Shown: piece after piece, positions 7,073-16,405 of the stretch
Position numbering within the stretch: the first letter of the stretch is position 1
Layout: each line of letters opens with the position of its first letter
Source: Klebsiella phage JIPh_Kp122
DNA: 32,000 bases
Direction: 5' to 3' (one strand)
Sequence record: MN434095.1
Translations under genes and position numbers: made by a program
Notes under the pieces: model-generated
The model's database searches: none
Seen by the model: only the letters and a program-made list of their open reading frames with translations
What the model was told of the DNA's origin: nothing

Positions 7073-8512
7073 CTAGAATTTTAACTCTTCTGCCAGAGCA
7101 TCAAGCTTAGAACGTGATACTCGTTCCTGACGATTAGATTCGGCTACACGGTTCTGTGCACCGGCACCTTCTCGGACGGTATTGCTTGGATTAGGCTTAG
7201 TTGGGTCGTTTTGCTGCTCAATTTCTACCCAGCGTTGATTAGCCTTATGCACACCCATAAAGAACTTATTGTTGATGTTCTTATCACCGTAACGTGATTT
7301 AATCTGCTTAATTAACTGTTGCTTCATCTGAGCAAGTTCAGGGGTTTCAATCACAGCTAACATAAAGTCTGCCGTAGCAGGTAGACCCGCAGATTCTGCA
7401 ATATCACTCATGTCCATATCAGAAGCATCCCAAGCTGAACGACCGACCTGGGCAGCGGTCCAAAGAACAGTTTCAGATTCTACAGCCAATGCACGAAGTT
7501 CTTCTGCAATAGCTTTAACTAACGTGTAACTGTTTTCAGTATATTGACGAATACGGCAAGAAGCACAAATACCAAGATAGTCAATGATGATAACAGTCGG
7601 TTTAAAGTTCTTCTTGAGTTTCAATTCATTTAGAAGAGCTCGGAATGTATTAGCGTTAGCACCGCCAGTCGGATACTGTTTAATGATTAAACGACCAAGA
7701 GTACTAGAACTACGCCATTTTTCCATTTTGCCTTTATATTCGGCGTATGATACACAACCATCGTCAATATCATCAAGTGATACATCGAGCAAATTAGCAT
7801 CAATACGTTTAGCACAAACTTCTTCGGCCATTTCCATGGAAATATAAAGGACGTTATGCCCCATCTGAAGATAGTCTGCAGCCAATGAACACAATCCTAA
7901 CGATTTACCAACGTTGACGCCAGCCATCAATACGTTCAGTGTACCAGTCTCGGCACCACCTTTAGTAATTTTGTTCAGAATGCTAAGTTTAAACGGAACT
8001 TTACGAGCTTTATTCTGGTATGATAACCAACGAGCTTCATAATCTTCCATCCAATCATGACCAATATAGCTATCAAACGATACTGATAACGCTTCGCGCA
8101 TGATATCAGGAATAGCCCCAATATCAGGAAGACGCTTATCTCGCTTATTTGGCTCAAGCTGGGCATTAGTCTGAATTTCAATAATTCGAGACGTAGCGTT
8201 ATACATAGCCTTTTCTTGAACGTACTTTTCAGTTTCCTTAACTAACCAATTCAAATCTTCAGGAGCATCAGATAACTTATCAATAAGTTTCTTTGCGCCT
8301 TCATGTTCCGTTTCAGTTATAGACGAATTATCCAGTGCTACACATAACGCAGTCTTTGAAGGAATTGCTGTGTATTCATTAACGTGCTTCTTAATTATGT
8401 TAAACACCGTCTGAGCAGGTCCTTGCTCGAAGTACTCTTTGTCCATATATGGCCAAACCTTCGTAAAGAAAGCCTGGTTGTAAATCAGATTAGCTAAGAT
8501 TGTTTCTACCAC
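7073..8512 (-). CDS. 41: replicative DNA helicase gp41 (DnaB family)
   Basis: NVLMAGVNVGKSLGLCSLAADYLQMGHNVLYISMEMAEEVCAKRIDAN and DYLGIC match T4 gp41. Confidence 0.97.
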   Translation of the reverse strand: MVETILANLIYNQAFFTKVWPYMDKEYFEQGPAQTVFNIIKKHVNEYTAIPSKTALCVALDNSSITETEHEGAKKLIDKLSDAPEDLNWLVKETEKYVQEKAMYNATSRIIEIQTNAQLEPNKRDKRLPDIGAIPDIMREALSVSFDSYIGHDWMEDYEARWLSYQNKARKVPFKLSILNKITKGGAETGTLNVLMAGVNVGKSLGLCSLAADYLQMGHNVLYISMEMAEEVCAKRIDANLLDVSLDDIDDGCVSYAEYKGKMEKWRSSSTLGRLIIKQYPTGGANANTFRALLNELKLKKNFKPTVIIIDYLGICASCRIRQYTENSYTLVKAIAEELRALAVESETVLWTAAQVGRSAWDASDMDMSDIAESAGLPATADFMLAVIETPELAQMKQQLIKQIKSRYGDKNINNKFFMGVHKANQRWVEIEQQNDPTKPNPSNTVREGAGAQNRVAESNRQERVSRSKLDALAEELKF

Positions 8513-8521
8513 TTTAACCTC

Positions 8522-8872
8522 TTAAAAGATTTTCCATAATGATTTTTTCTTGGTCTTTAATGCACTCTGGATTTGCTGTTTAACACAAGCTTCCACATGA
8601 GGATAAAGTTCATCCTTATGAGCTTCAGATGGAGTACTAAACTCAATAGTTACTTCCCCCGAAGGAGAAATATTTAATTTATGAACATAAACCAAGTGTG
8701 ATTGACCATTTAATTTTATCACAATTTCTTGGATAACAGTCTTCATAGCTTCTTGGATTATTTCATGGCTTTTCTTGAACACTCGTTCTTGACGCTCGAA
8801 GTCTCCCTCTTCCGAGGGAGATTCTTGTTCAAATTTCTCGAGTTCAGATTCTAAATCAAACTCAGTCTTCAT
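8522..8872 (-). CDS. 40: head vertex assembly chaperone gp40
   Basis: 116-aa ORF between 41 and uvsX, same position and size as T4 gp40. Confidence 0.8.
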   Translation of the reverse strand: MKTEFDLESELEKFEQESPSEEGDFERQERVFKKSHEIIQEAMKTVIQEIVIKLNGQSHLVYVHKLNISPSGEVTIEFSTPSEAHKDELYPHVEACVKQQIQSALKTKKKSLWKIF

Positions 8873-10037
8873 TCATGAAGTTCTCTAATTCATCTTCAAC
8901 TTCAGCAGCTGATACTGAACCACTCTCAGGGAGTTTAACACCATCAACCTTAGTTGAAACTTTTGAGTTAATCATTTCTGCTACCGCTTCATCAACCGCA
9001 GCGTTTGAATCAATAGCACCCAACTGATAGCGAGCTTTGATAGCGTCACGGAATGGCTCATGCTTAAACAGAGGACCCCAAAATTCCGTACTGCTCGTAT
9101 CTTTTGCCCGCCAGGATTTTTCTTCACGAATCATCTCACCGGTTTCAACGTCCAGGAATTCTCGTGCGTACCATCCATTTTTCGGTTTAACAACAAATCC
9201 GATATCTAGAGCCATATCAAGCAGACCACTGTACGGATCGATACCACCATCGAATTTAACATCAATGAAGAACTTACTTTTCTCTTTGACAGTACGTGAT
9301 TTCTCGGCGTTCAGGACAAACTGATATCCCTCAAGCTCAGTACCATCTTTAATTTGACGTTTACCGATGATGAACACAGTATCCGCAGAATACATAGGAC
9401 CTGTACCACCGGTCATTACCGTCTTACTGAACATCTCGATAGTCTCGATTGTGTGGTTAACCGCGACACAAGGAATGTTCTTAATAGAGAAGTAAGGAGT
9501 TACGATACGGAAGAGAGACTTCAGACTTTTCGCACGAGTCATATCTGCGACAGATTTCTCGTTCAGTGCATCTTCGGTTTCCTTTTTAGACGCCATGTTA
9601 CCAATAGAGTCGATAAACACGATGACTTTTTCACCACGCTCAATAGCTTCAAGCTGGTTAACCATATCGATTTTTAATTGTTCAACCGACTGAACCGGTG
9701 TATGAATTACACGGTCAGGGTCAACACCCATAGATTTCAGATAAGCTGGAGTGATACCAAATTCTGAATCATAGAACAAACAGACCGCATCAGGATACTT
9801 ATTAAGATAAGCACTAACCATTGTCAGAGACATGTTAGATTTGAAGTGTTTAGATGGACCTGCGAAGATAGTCAAACCAGACTGCATACCACCATCCAAC
9901 GCTCCGCTGATCGCAATATTGAGCATCGGGATTTTAGTTCTAACTACATCTTTCTCGTTAAAGAATTTTGATTTAGTCAGTTCTGCTGTCATTTTAGAAG
10001 TGGATGCTTTAATCAGGCGAGATTTTAAGTCAGACAT
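8862..10037 (-). CDS. uvsX: UvsX RecA-like recombinase
   Basis: TIFAGPSKHFKSNMSLTMVSAYL Walker A, VIFIDSIGNMASKKE Walker B; full-length 391 aa. Confidence 0.97.
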   Translation of the reverse strand: MSDLKSRLIKASTSKMTAELTKSKFFNEKDVVRTKIPMLNIAISGALDGGMQSGLTIFAGPSKHFKSNMSLTMVSAYLNKYPDAVCLFYDSEFGITPAYLKSMGVDPDRVIHTPVQSVEQLKIDMVNQLEAIERGEKVIVFIDSIGNMASKKETEDALNEKSVADMTRAKSLKSLFRIVTPYFSIKNIPCVAVNHTIETIEMFSKTVMTGGTGPMYSADTVFIIGKRQIKDGTELEGYQFVLNAEKSRTVKEKSKFFIDVKFDGGIDPYSGLLDMALDIGFVVKPKNGWYAREFLDVETGEMIREEKSWRAKDTSSTEFWGPLFKHEPFRDAIKARYQLGAIDSNAAVDEAVAEMINSKVSTKVDGVKLPESGSVSAAEVEDELENFMNED

Positions 10038-10093
10038 TCATTATATTCCATAAGTCTCCATTATATTTTTCTCACAGGTTAAAGGATAGAGTA

Positions 10094-10120
10094 ATTATAT
10101 TACTTTGTTCTTGAAGCTAT
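10094..10120 (-). promoter_or_regulatory. candidate MotA-dependent middle promoter for uvsX
   Basis: Minus strand ATAGCTTCA (8/9 to WWTGCTTYA), 12-nt spacer, TATAAT. Confidence 0.6.
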
Positions 10121-10341
10121 TAACAGAAGTTCCATTTCTTCTTGGTGTTATAAACCACTGTTTCCATATCTATTTCATAGTGTATTTTACATCCAACGCA
10201 CATGCCATGCCACCAGCAATGCATTCCATCTGAGCCAGTAGTTCCTTCATGAACAAACTCATCAGATTTACATACGAAGCATCTGAATTCTTCAGCCTTG
10301 AATATGTTACCAGCTACATCAGATTTATTATAGATGTTCAT
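10120..10341 (-). CDS. small putative zinc-binding protein
   Basis: MNIYNKSD...FRCFVC...HCWWHGMCVGCKIHY: Cys-X2-Cys pairs. Start moved from 10371 to ATG 10341 because of the upstream AAGGA-like sequence. Confidence 0.55.
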   Translation of the reverse strand: MNIYNKSDVAGNIFKAEEFRCFVCKSDEFVHEGTTGSDGMHCWWHGMCVGCKIHYEIDMETVVYNTKKKWNFC

Positions 10342-10367
10342 AAGAGGTCCTTGGAGGGCTTTCGCCC

Positions 10368-11204
10368 TCACAGATATGGTTCTACCTTACCAAACTCATG
10401 GAAGGCCTGAGATTTCACTCGAGTGTTAATACACATACGAATTGATTTTAGTGGTTCGTCATCACCGAATAAACCACGCCTTTCACCGTCTTTAGATTTC
10501 CAACGGGCTTGATTTGGGAAAGCAGCATGTAGCTGTTCAAGGGCTCTATTCTGACGAGCAGTATCACGCTGAGTAGAGCAACCGCCAGGAGACTGCACTT
10601 TGCCGGATTTAACGAGATACTTAAACAGAGCCAGATGAGGATGACCCATGTTAATTAATTTTAGAAAAGCATAAGCATCTTCGTTAAGGTCAATAACTCC
10701 GTAACCAATATCTTCTGCGGTAAGTTTAGTCAAATCGTAGAAAGTATTGGTAAACCCAAAGCTGTTCTCGCGATAATGACCCCAGCTTGATGTGATTTTG
10801 AAAATCGGCAAGCGAGCATGACCGTGATAATAACCACAATCCATAGCAGTCTCGACGTATTTGACCATATCATCAAATACCTCTTGACTCATTGCCTCAC
10901 CGACACCAAGTGGAACCCGGCGATCGTCGCGTTCACGAATTTCAGTCAGATGAATGGTCGTATCATCATCAAGCATCCAAATTCGCTGCCCTGCATACAT
11001 TTCAGTAATCAGACGGCGAGTTCCTGCAATTCCATCAACATCATCGGGAATAGTAACAATTTTAGCAGCATGACCATGCCAGGTTTCGTATGCTTCTTTT
11101 TCTGATTCACGTACTACAAGATGCGGAACATAACCTTCAGGAAACATAGTCAGGGCAGTAACTGCCCCGGCACGCTTATAACTTGGAATTACAAACTGAA
11201 TCAT
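10368..11204 (-). CDS. GT-A-like nucleotide-sugar transferase acting on modified hmC-DNA (candidate T6-type beta-glucosyl-HMC-alpha-glucosyltransferase or arabinosyltransferase)
   Basis: FVIPSYKRAG N-terminus, DDD motif in QRIWMLDDDTTIHL. About 280 aa, translationally coupled to 42 (ATGA overlap), in the T4 beta-gt slot. Confidence 0.75.
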   Translation of the reverse strand: MIQFVIPSYKRAGAVTALTMFPEGYVPHLVVRESEKEAYETWHGHAAKIVTIPDDVDGIAGTRRLITEMYAGQRIWMLDDDTTIHLTEIRERDDRRVPLGVGEAMSQEVFDDMVKYVETAMDCGYYHGHARLPIFKITSSWGHYRENSFGFTNTFYDLTKLTAEDIGYGVIDLNEDAYAFLKLINMGHPHLALFKYLVKSGKVQSPGGCSTQRDTARQNRALEQLHAAFPNQARWKSKDGERRGLFGDDEPLKSIRMCINTRVKSQAFHEFGKVEPYL

Positions 11205-11935
11205 TTCCACTCACCTTTATAGTCTTTCTTTGCAATATGAGTTTCACCAGTATAAGCATAGTTATCTACAAGATAGAAATGACGCTCATACACGTGCAAA
11301 GACCCGACATTCCAAATAATGTCACCAACTGAATAATTTTTACCTGATGCATTCAGAAGTTTGGTTAACTGTTCCAGAACATAGAGCTGCCACGCATAGT
11401 CATTACGATATCCAAAGACGACATCGTTTGAGCGCATATTTACCACAGCGTGAACTTTATTGTCACGAATAAGATATTGTACATTGTTAGTACACATGAA
11501 ATCACTCATGCCATCGCGCTCAAAATCATACTGCATTTGAGGCCGTGTATAAATCATAATTCCGCGGCGAGAATCAGGATTGCTGATAAGTTCTTTTGCA
11601 CAGTTAGCAAACTGTGAATAGTTTTGTGATGACCAAACTGCCCAGCCATAGTTAGAATTAATCTCACCATGCTTGGATGCAATTGCTTTCCAAATAGCTG
11701 GGGTTTCACCTGGAATATCTTTAACGAATAAACTTTGAGATTTATACCACTCAAGTTCACGGGCAATGTACCCATCATTAACTGCACCAAAAATCAGGTT
11801 TTCATCTGCAATAAATGATGCACCTACGATTTCAATAGTCTTCACACCCGTCTTATCAATCACAAATTCTTTGTTGAGCAAAGCATCAGCGAATTCTTGG
11901 CGGATATCTTGTACTGTCATTGGAGTTACAATCAT
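11201..11935 (-). CDS. 42: dCMP hydroxymethylase gp42
   Basis: Thymidylate-synthase-like; EIVGASF, LEWYKSQSLFVKDIPGETP, INSNYGWA, NPDSRRGIMIYTRP, RSNDVVFGYRNDYAW, NVGSLHVYERHFYL. Confidence 0.97.
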   Translation of the reverse strand: MIVTPMTVQDIRQEFADALLNKEFVIDKTGVKTIEIVGASFIADENLIFGAVNDGYIARELEWYKSQSLFVKDIPGETPAIWKAIASKHGEINSNYGWAVWSSQNYSQFANCAKELISNPDSRRGIMIYTRPQMQYDFERDGMSDFMCTNNVQYLIRDNKVHAVVNMRSNDVVFGYRNDYAWQLYVLEQLTKLLNASGKNYSVGDIIWNVGSLHVYERHFYLVDNYAYTGETHIAKKDYKGEWK

Positions 11936-11943
11936 GAGACCTC

Positions 11944-12150
11944 TTATTTAACTTGCTGGATAATAATTGTATTCTGTTGTGCGTTAGAAGCAGACCAAAT
12001 CAGCGCAATTAACCAACCGATAATGGACCAACCGAATACTAGATTTGTGATAAAGATTCCACCCCGTGATTTATGCTTACGGCTGCAAGCTACAAAAGTC
12101 GGCAGAAAATAGATAAAGATAAGAATGATTAAGCCAAATACTGCTTCCAT
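11944..12150 (-). CDS. imm: superinfection immunity protein Imm-like membrane protein
   Basis: Two hydrophobic segments, FLPTFVA..R.H......NL.FGWSIIGWLIALIW; placed next to 42 as in T4. Confidence 0.85.
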   Translation of the reverse strand: MEAVFGLIILIFIYFLPTFVACSRKHKSRGGIFITNLVFGWSIIGWLIALIWSASNAQQNTIIIQQVK

Positions 12151-12160
12151 TTTAATTTCC

Positions 12161-12604
12161 TCAGTTAGACATGCATTTGTTGTAGATGTGGTTTTGGAGA
12201 GATTTTAACTGCTCCATACGTTGTTTATGCTCATTATAACTTAATCCGCCATTAGCAAAATCAGTTAAACGAATCTGATCATTCACCGCTGCAGCTTTAG
12301 CAGTGCACGTACGTTCTTTTTGGGTTTTACGCAGACGCTTAATTTCTTCCAGTTCATGCTTATTCTGCTCAATCATGTCAAGTTCCATCGCAGACAGCTG
12401 ACGATTAGGATTAGCTTTTTCTTTCGCCAACCGACGCTCAACCGCGAGCGATTCAGCAGAGACCTGGTTGCTAGCACGATAGTATCCTACCGTACCACCA
12501 ATTGCTCGCACCTGTCCAACAGAAGAAGCCGGGACGATATCACCTTGTGGCATTTGACAACCAGTCAGCGTGAGAGCAACGATAACAGCAAGTAACGATT
12601 TCAT
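12161..12604 (-). CDS. small lipoprotein
   Basis: MKSLLAVIVALTLTGC signal peptide plus lipobox LTGC; coiled-coil-rich remainder; between imm and 43. Confidence 0.7.
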   Translation of the reverse strand: MKSLLAVIVALTLTGCQMPQGDIVPASSVGQVRAIGGTVGYYRASNQVSAESLAVERRLAKEKANPNRQLSAMELDMIEQNKHELEEIKRLRKTQKERTCTAKAAAVNDQIRLTDFANGGLSYNEHKQRMEQLKSLQNHIYNKCMSN

Positions 12605-12636
12605 TGTAATCTCCTCAGTATGTTATTTCGAGAACC

Positions 12637-12666
12637 ATGGTACCACATCCTTGTGGTAAAGTAAAC
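12637..12666 (-). promoter_or_regulatory. T4-type early promoter upstream of the lipoprotein/imm/42 unit
   Basis: GTTTAC(TTT)-N18-TACCAT on the minus strand with A/T-rich upstream sequence. Confidence 0.6.
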
Positions 12667-12672
12667 AACTTT

Positions 12673-15381
12673 TTAAAAGTCAAACATATCAAGAAGAGAC
12701 GATTTCTCTTCGTAGTCTAACCCTGCCGCTTCAGACATACCCGTCAGAGGTTTAACGAACGATTTTTGGAACAGAACACTGTGGTCAAGCCACACTAGAA
12801 CTTCCTGTCGGATTTCTTGTGGCAGCTCAGTGCCCGATGGCCATGCCATGCATTTCTCACCGTACGGGTTACCTTCACGCAGCGGGATGACCATCACCTT
12901 CTCGCCTTCCATGATTGGTGTTATACCTTCAAATCCTGCGGTTGCTCGGTTATATGCCAAAGCACCTTTAACGTGATATGGTGTACCTTTATCTGGATAT
13001 CCTGCACCGTCATCATACTTACCGATGTTGTTGGCGGTCTTAACCTCTGCGATTACTTTATAGTCAAGCTCACGATACTCAGACTCAAACTGCTTATAAT
13101 ATTGCTGTAAAGATTCTTCACCTTCTTGCAGCATACGACGAATAGATTCTTCCAACGCATTCTGAACAGCAGTTGGTGTAGAACTTTGCTGAGTTTCCAT
13201 ACCCATGATTTTCAGATGCGGTTCTGCATATCGAGTACCTTCCATATCATACACGTTCAGAGCATATCGTTTCTTCGCTTTCCAGAATCCGCCAATGCCG
13301 TTTGACCCCAACGGAGGACAAGAAATAGCTTCACGGTCCATGAACATTAAATGTTCTTTATTGTTCATGTATTCACACATCTCACGATATGATTGGTCAA
13401 TCCAAGGTTCCATTTTCTTCTTGCCGAATTGGTTCAGGAATTCTACCAAATCGTTAGTTTCTTTGAAACGCTCAAGACCTACTTTCTCAATAACCTTATC
13501 AACACAAACGTAAATTGAGTCAGTATCACCAGCTACTACAAACGAATGTCCTTCAGTACCGCATACCTTGTTGAGGTATTCATTAACTTTACGTTCAATC
13601 CATTGGATTGCCATTTGACCAAACAACGTGATTGCTGATGCGTTACGCAAATCATAATAACGGAAGTAAATGTTACCCAATGCACCATAAAGTGAGTTGA
13701 TCAGAATCTTACGGTTTAACTGGTTAGTGTTACCCAAGATTTCAGCATGTTTACATTCAAACATCAGTTTGTCAAGGCACTCTTCGGTATATGTCAGCAG
13801 TTCTGCTTTCATATCATCAGAGAAATCTTCATAGACATTAACTTCTGTGAATTTATCGATAGTTCCAAACTTCTTATCATTCAGAACCTTTTTAATCAGT
13901 TCTTGATTTCGTTTGGCACCCATCATTTTATTTTTCCACTCTTTACGCTGATAAAATACCTTCGCGATTTCAACTGGAATGACACCATCTACATCTTTAC
14001 GATACATCCAACCATTTGGTGAACATGAATATTCATCAGACGGACGAGGAGCAGTCTTGTTAATGTACTCACCCAACGGATGAAGTTTAAACTGTCCAAC
14101 GATAGTTTCTGGTGAAATATTGACCTGTCGGATGATTGACGGATACAGAGATGTCAAGTCAAACGACATGATATAACGGTATGCAGCAGGAACTGGTTCC
14201 TTAACATACGCACCAGGATACGACTGTTTAACGTGAGAACGACTTTGCGGAATAACTTTGTCTTGTTCTTTCAGACTATTAAAGATGATTGCGTCCCATG
14301 TTTTAATCGGACTCATTACACCTTGATATGGCATCTTCGCATAATAAGACATTGAGATTGCCAGGTCAATAAATCCACGAACCGCATCAATCGCTTGTAC
14401 TGATTCAACGTCGATGATGTTATACGAAATATACCGTTGGTGATTAGTTTCACGCAATTTATTGATCGGACCATCATATGCTAATTTACCTTTCTTGGTT
14501 TCATAATAAGCAATGAAATCCAACTTATACGTCGGTTGGTTCGTGAAACTAAATTTCTTATACAAATCCATGTAATCAAGAATAGTCACACCCATGATAG
14601 AATAAATTTCTTTATCACCATACATGTTTGTGATAATCTTAGATGAAACTTTATTCAGAGGAGAGAACCGTTTCATCGTACGCTCACCAAGAATCTGTTT
14701 CACACGATTCATGATGTACGGAATATCAAATCCTTCAATGTTCCATCCAGTAAAGATTGCTGGGCATTTCTGTTCCCAAAGATTGATGTACTCAAGCATC
14801 ATTTCTTTTTCTGAATTGAACGGCATATATACTACGCGGTCAAGAATATGTTGTGGAACTTCATCACCGCCTTCGGAATCTAAACGAGCAGCGAGTTTCT
14901 TGTCCCACTCGGAAACAGAACCATAAAGAGAATGCAGTAAATCAAATACGTAGAACTTATCATCAACCGAATCATAGTGAGTGATAGCATCAATTTCGTA
15001 TTCTGCTTTCATCGGGTCTGGGAATTGGGATGCCGTAACCTCGATGTCACAGTTCGCAATTCGAATGAATTTTTTATTATAAACGATTTCTGAACCGTAA
15101 GTATCACTGATGTACGCGAGTTTGAAATCATCCATACCCATTGCTTCCATTCCCATGTCTTCCATACGACGCATCCAATCACGGGCATCTTTCATAGTTG
15201 GGAATGTGTTCTTCTTGCAATACTTGCCATAGATATCTTTGTACTTCGTTTCTTCAATGCAATGGCTAAACATCACAGGAGAATATGGAATACGACGCAT
15301 TCGTTCTTCGCCAGTAGAATCGATATAACGCTCTACAATGTCATTGCCTAGAGTTTCAACGCTGATATAAAATTCTTTCAT
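12673..15381 (-). CDS. 43: family B DNA polymerase gp43
   Basis: 902 aa, uninterrupted. IANCDIEVTA exonuclease region, SFDLTSLYPSIIRQ, VVAGDTDSIYV, YVEKPL-like C-terminus LFQKSFVKPLTGMSEAAGLDYEEKSSLLDMFDF (PCNA/clamp-binding tail). Confidence 0.98.
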   Translation of the reverse strand: MKEFYISVETLGNDIVERYIDSTGEERMRRIPYSPVMFSHCIEETKYKDIYGKYCKKNTFPTMKDARDWMRRMEDMGMEAMGMDDFKLAYISDTYGSEIVYNKKFIRIANCDIEVTASQFPDPMKAEYEIDAITHYDSVDDKFYVFDLLHSLYGSVSEWDKKLAARLDSEGGDEVPQHILDRVVYMPFNSEKEMMLEYINLWEQKCPAIFTGWNIEGFDIPYIMNRVKQILGERTMKRFSPLNKVSSKIITNMYGDKEIYSIMGVTILDYMDLYKKFSFTNQPTYKLDFIAYYETKKGKLAYDGPINKLRETNHQRYISYNIIDVESVQAIDAVRGFIDLAISMSYYAKMPYQGVMSPIKTWDAIIFNSLKEQDKVIPQSRSHVKQSYPGAYVKEPVPAAYRYIMSFDLTSLYPSIIRQVNISPETIVGQFKLHPLGEYINKTAPRPSDEYSCSPNGWMYRKDVDGVIPVEIAKVFYQRKEWKNKMMGAKRNQELIKKVLNDKKFGTIDKFTEVNVYEDFSDDMKAELLTYTEECLDKLMFECKHAEILGNTNQLNRKILINSLYGALGNIYFRYYDLRNASAITLFGQMAIQWIERKVNEYLNKVCGTEGHSFVVAGDTDSIYVCVDKVIEKVGLERFKETNDLVEFLNQFGKKKMEPWIDQSYREMCEYMNNKEHLMFMDREAISCPPLGSNGIGGFWKAKKRYALNVYDMEGTRYAEPHLKIMGMETQQSSTPTAVQNALEESIRRMLQEGEESLQQYYKQFESEYRELDYKVIAEVKTANNIGKYDDGAGYPDKGTPYHVKGALAYNRATAGFEGITPIMEGEKVMVIPLREGNPYGEKCMAWPSGTELPQEIRQEVLVWLDHSVLFQKSFVKPLTGMSEAAGLDYEEKSSLLDMFDF

Positions 15382-15398
15382 GGGTTTCCTTTGTTTAT

Positions 15399-15416
15399 AG
15401 ACCGAGTTATTAGTCT
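15399..15416 (-). promoter_or_regulatory. gene 43 autogenous translational operator hairpin
   Basis: RNA 5'-AGACU-AAUAACUC-GGUCU-3', 5-bp stem (one U-G), 8-nt loop AAUAACUC as in the T4 gp43 operator; just upstream of the SD. Confidence 0.85.
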
Positions 15417-15428
15417 TTAGGTGGGATA

Positions 15429-15455
15429 ATTATACTCCAATTTTTATAAAGTAAA
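15429..15455 (-). promoter_or_regulatory. candidate MotA-dependent middle promoter for gene 43
   Basis: TTTACTTTA (8/9 to WWTGCTTYA), 12-nt spacer, TATAAT. Confidence 0.55.
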
Positions 15456-15472
15456 AGGCCCGAAGGCCTTTT
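15453..15472 (-). terminator. UUCG-loop intrinsic terminator after regA
   Basis: Minus RNA AAAAGGCC-TTCG-GGCCTTTT. Confidence 0.8.
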
Positions 15473-15473
15473 C

Positions 15474-15836
15474 TTATGCACCAATCGTATACTTAGATTT
15501 TAAGGTCCATTCATGTTTCTGCTTGAATGTAATTACTCGGAAGTTATTCTGCATCTGGGCAAGAGTTTGACCACGATTAATACTTAATAGACCCCAATCT
15601 GCAAGAAGTTGGGCAATTGAATCTCGACGGATTTCATCTTCCAGGTCAATAATAACAGGACGGCCGTCAAGCTTCAACATTTCTTTAAAATGTACAATAT
15701 AGTAACGACCTTGTTTCTGGAGAATGTGGCAGCTTTGATATAGTACCTTATCTTTGTTATTAGCAATTCCCATACGAGTCAGAGTTTCTTTAACTTTCAG
15801 GAAGTCTTCAGGTTTCTTCAGTGTAATTTCAATCAT
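15474..15836 (-). CDS. regA: translational repressor RegA
   Basis: MIEITLKKPEDFLKVKETLTRMGIANNKDKVLYQSCHILQKQG.YYIVHFKE, T4 RegA-like; ATG at 15836 inferred. Confidence 0.95.
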   Translation of the reverse strand: MIEITLKKPEDFLKVKETLTRMGIANNKDKVLYQSCHILQKQGRYYIVHFKEMLKLDGRPVIIDLEDEIRRDSIAQLLADWGLLSINRGQTLAQMQNNFRVITFKQKHEWTLKSKYTIGA

Positions 15837-15838
15837 CT

Positions 15839-16405
15839 TTACCATTCCAATGCTGTTTTCTTAAGAGTTTTTTGTTCTTTCAGGTTTTTCGTGATTGTCT
15901 TGAGCAATTCATCAGTCACAAGACCTTTCATTTTCTTGAGAGCAGGTTTAAGTTTATTTTTGGCTTCCAGAGTCTCTCTATACATCCTAGCATCAATTGC
16001 ATTGACTTTGTAATATGACATTATAACTTGAAGAATCAATGCATCCAGAGTGTTCTCTGTTAACTTAGCCCATTTGCCATACCGACGACCTCTAGGAACA
16101 GAGGCCATCATATAGTTATAGTGTGCTTGGTCAGACAGTCCTTGACCAACAAGGTTCATAACATAAACAGCAGGCATACAGTCGGCATGCTGAGAAAGAG
16201 CGTTTTCAACCATGAATTTTGAATAATCCATAGTCGAGATGTTCAAATGCTCTTTCTTTTCATTAATAGAACCGATAATCTCGAAGAATTGATTTTCTGC
16301 CTTTTCTTTATATGAATCAGATAATTCCTGGACTTTCGCCCAGTCTTTACCTAACCACGCGATTTGGTGTTCATTATACTGATCATCATCTTCAAATAAA
16401 CTCAT
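15839..16405 (-). CDS. 62: sliding clamp loader small subunit gp62
   Basis: MSLFEDDDQYNEHQIAWLGKDWAKVQELSD; position between regA and 44. Start MSLF inferred. Confidence 0.93.
   Translation of the reverse strand: MSLFEDDDQYNEHQIAWLGKDWAKVQELSDSYKEKAENQFFEIIGSINEKKEHLNISTMDYSKFMVENALSQHADCMPAVYVMNLVGQGLSDQAHYNYMMASVPRGRRYGKWAKLTENTLDALILQVIMSYYKVNAIDARMYRETLEAKNKLKPALKKMKGLVTDELLKTITKNLKEQKTLKKTALEW

Noticed and set aside
9037-14926. Multiple plus-strand ORFs of 60-107 aa antisense to uvsX, 42 and 43
   Set aside because: All are opposite strongly conserved minus-strand genes with no supporting RBS or promoter; expected by chance.
12673-15381. Possible intron or split in DNA polymerase
   Set aside because: A single 902-aa frame covers exonuclease to the C-terminal clamp-binding tail without interruption.
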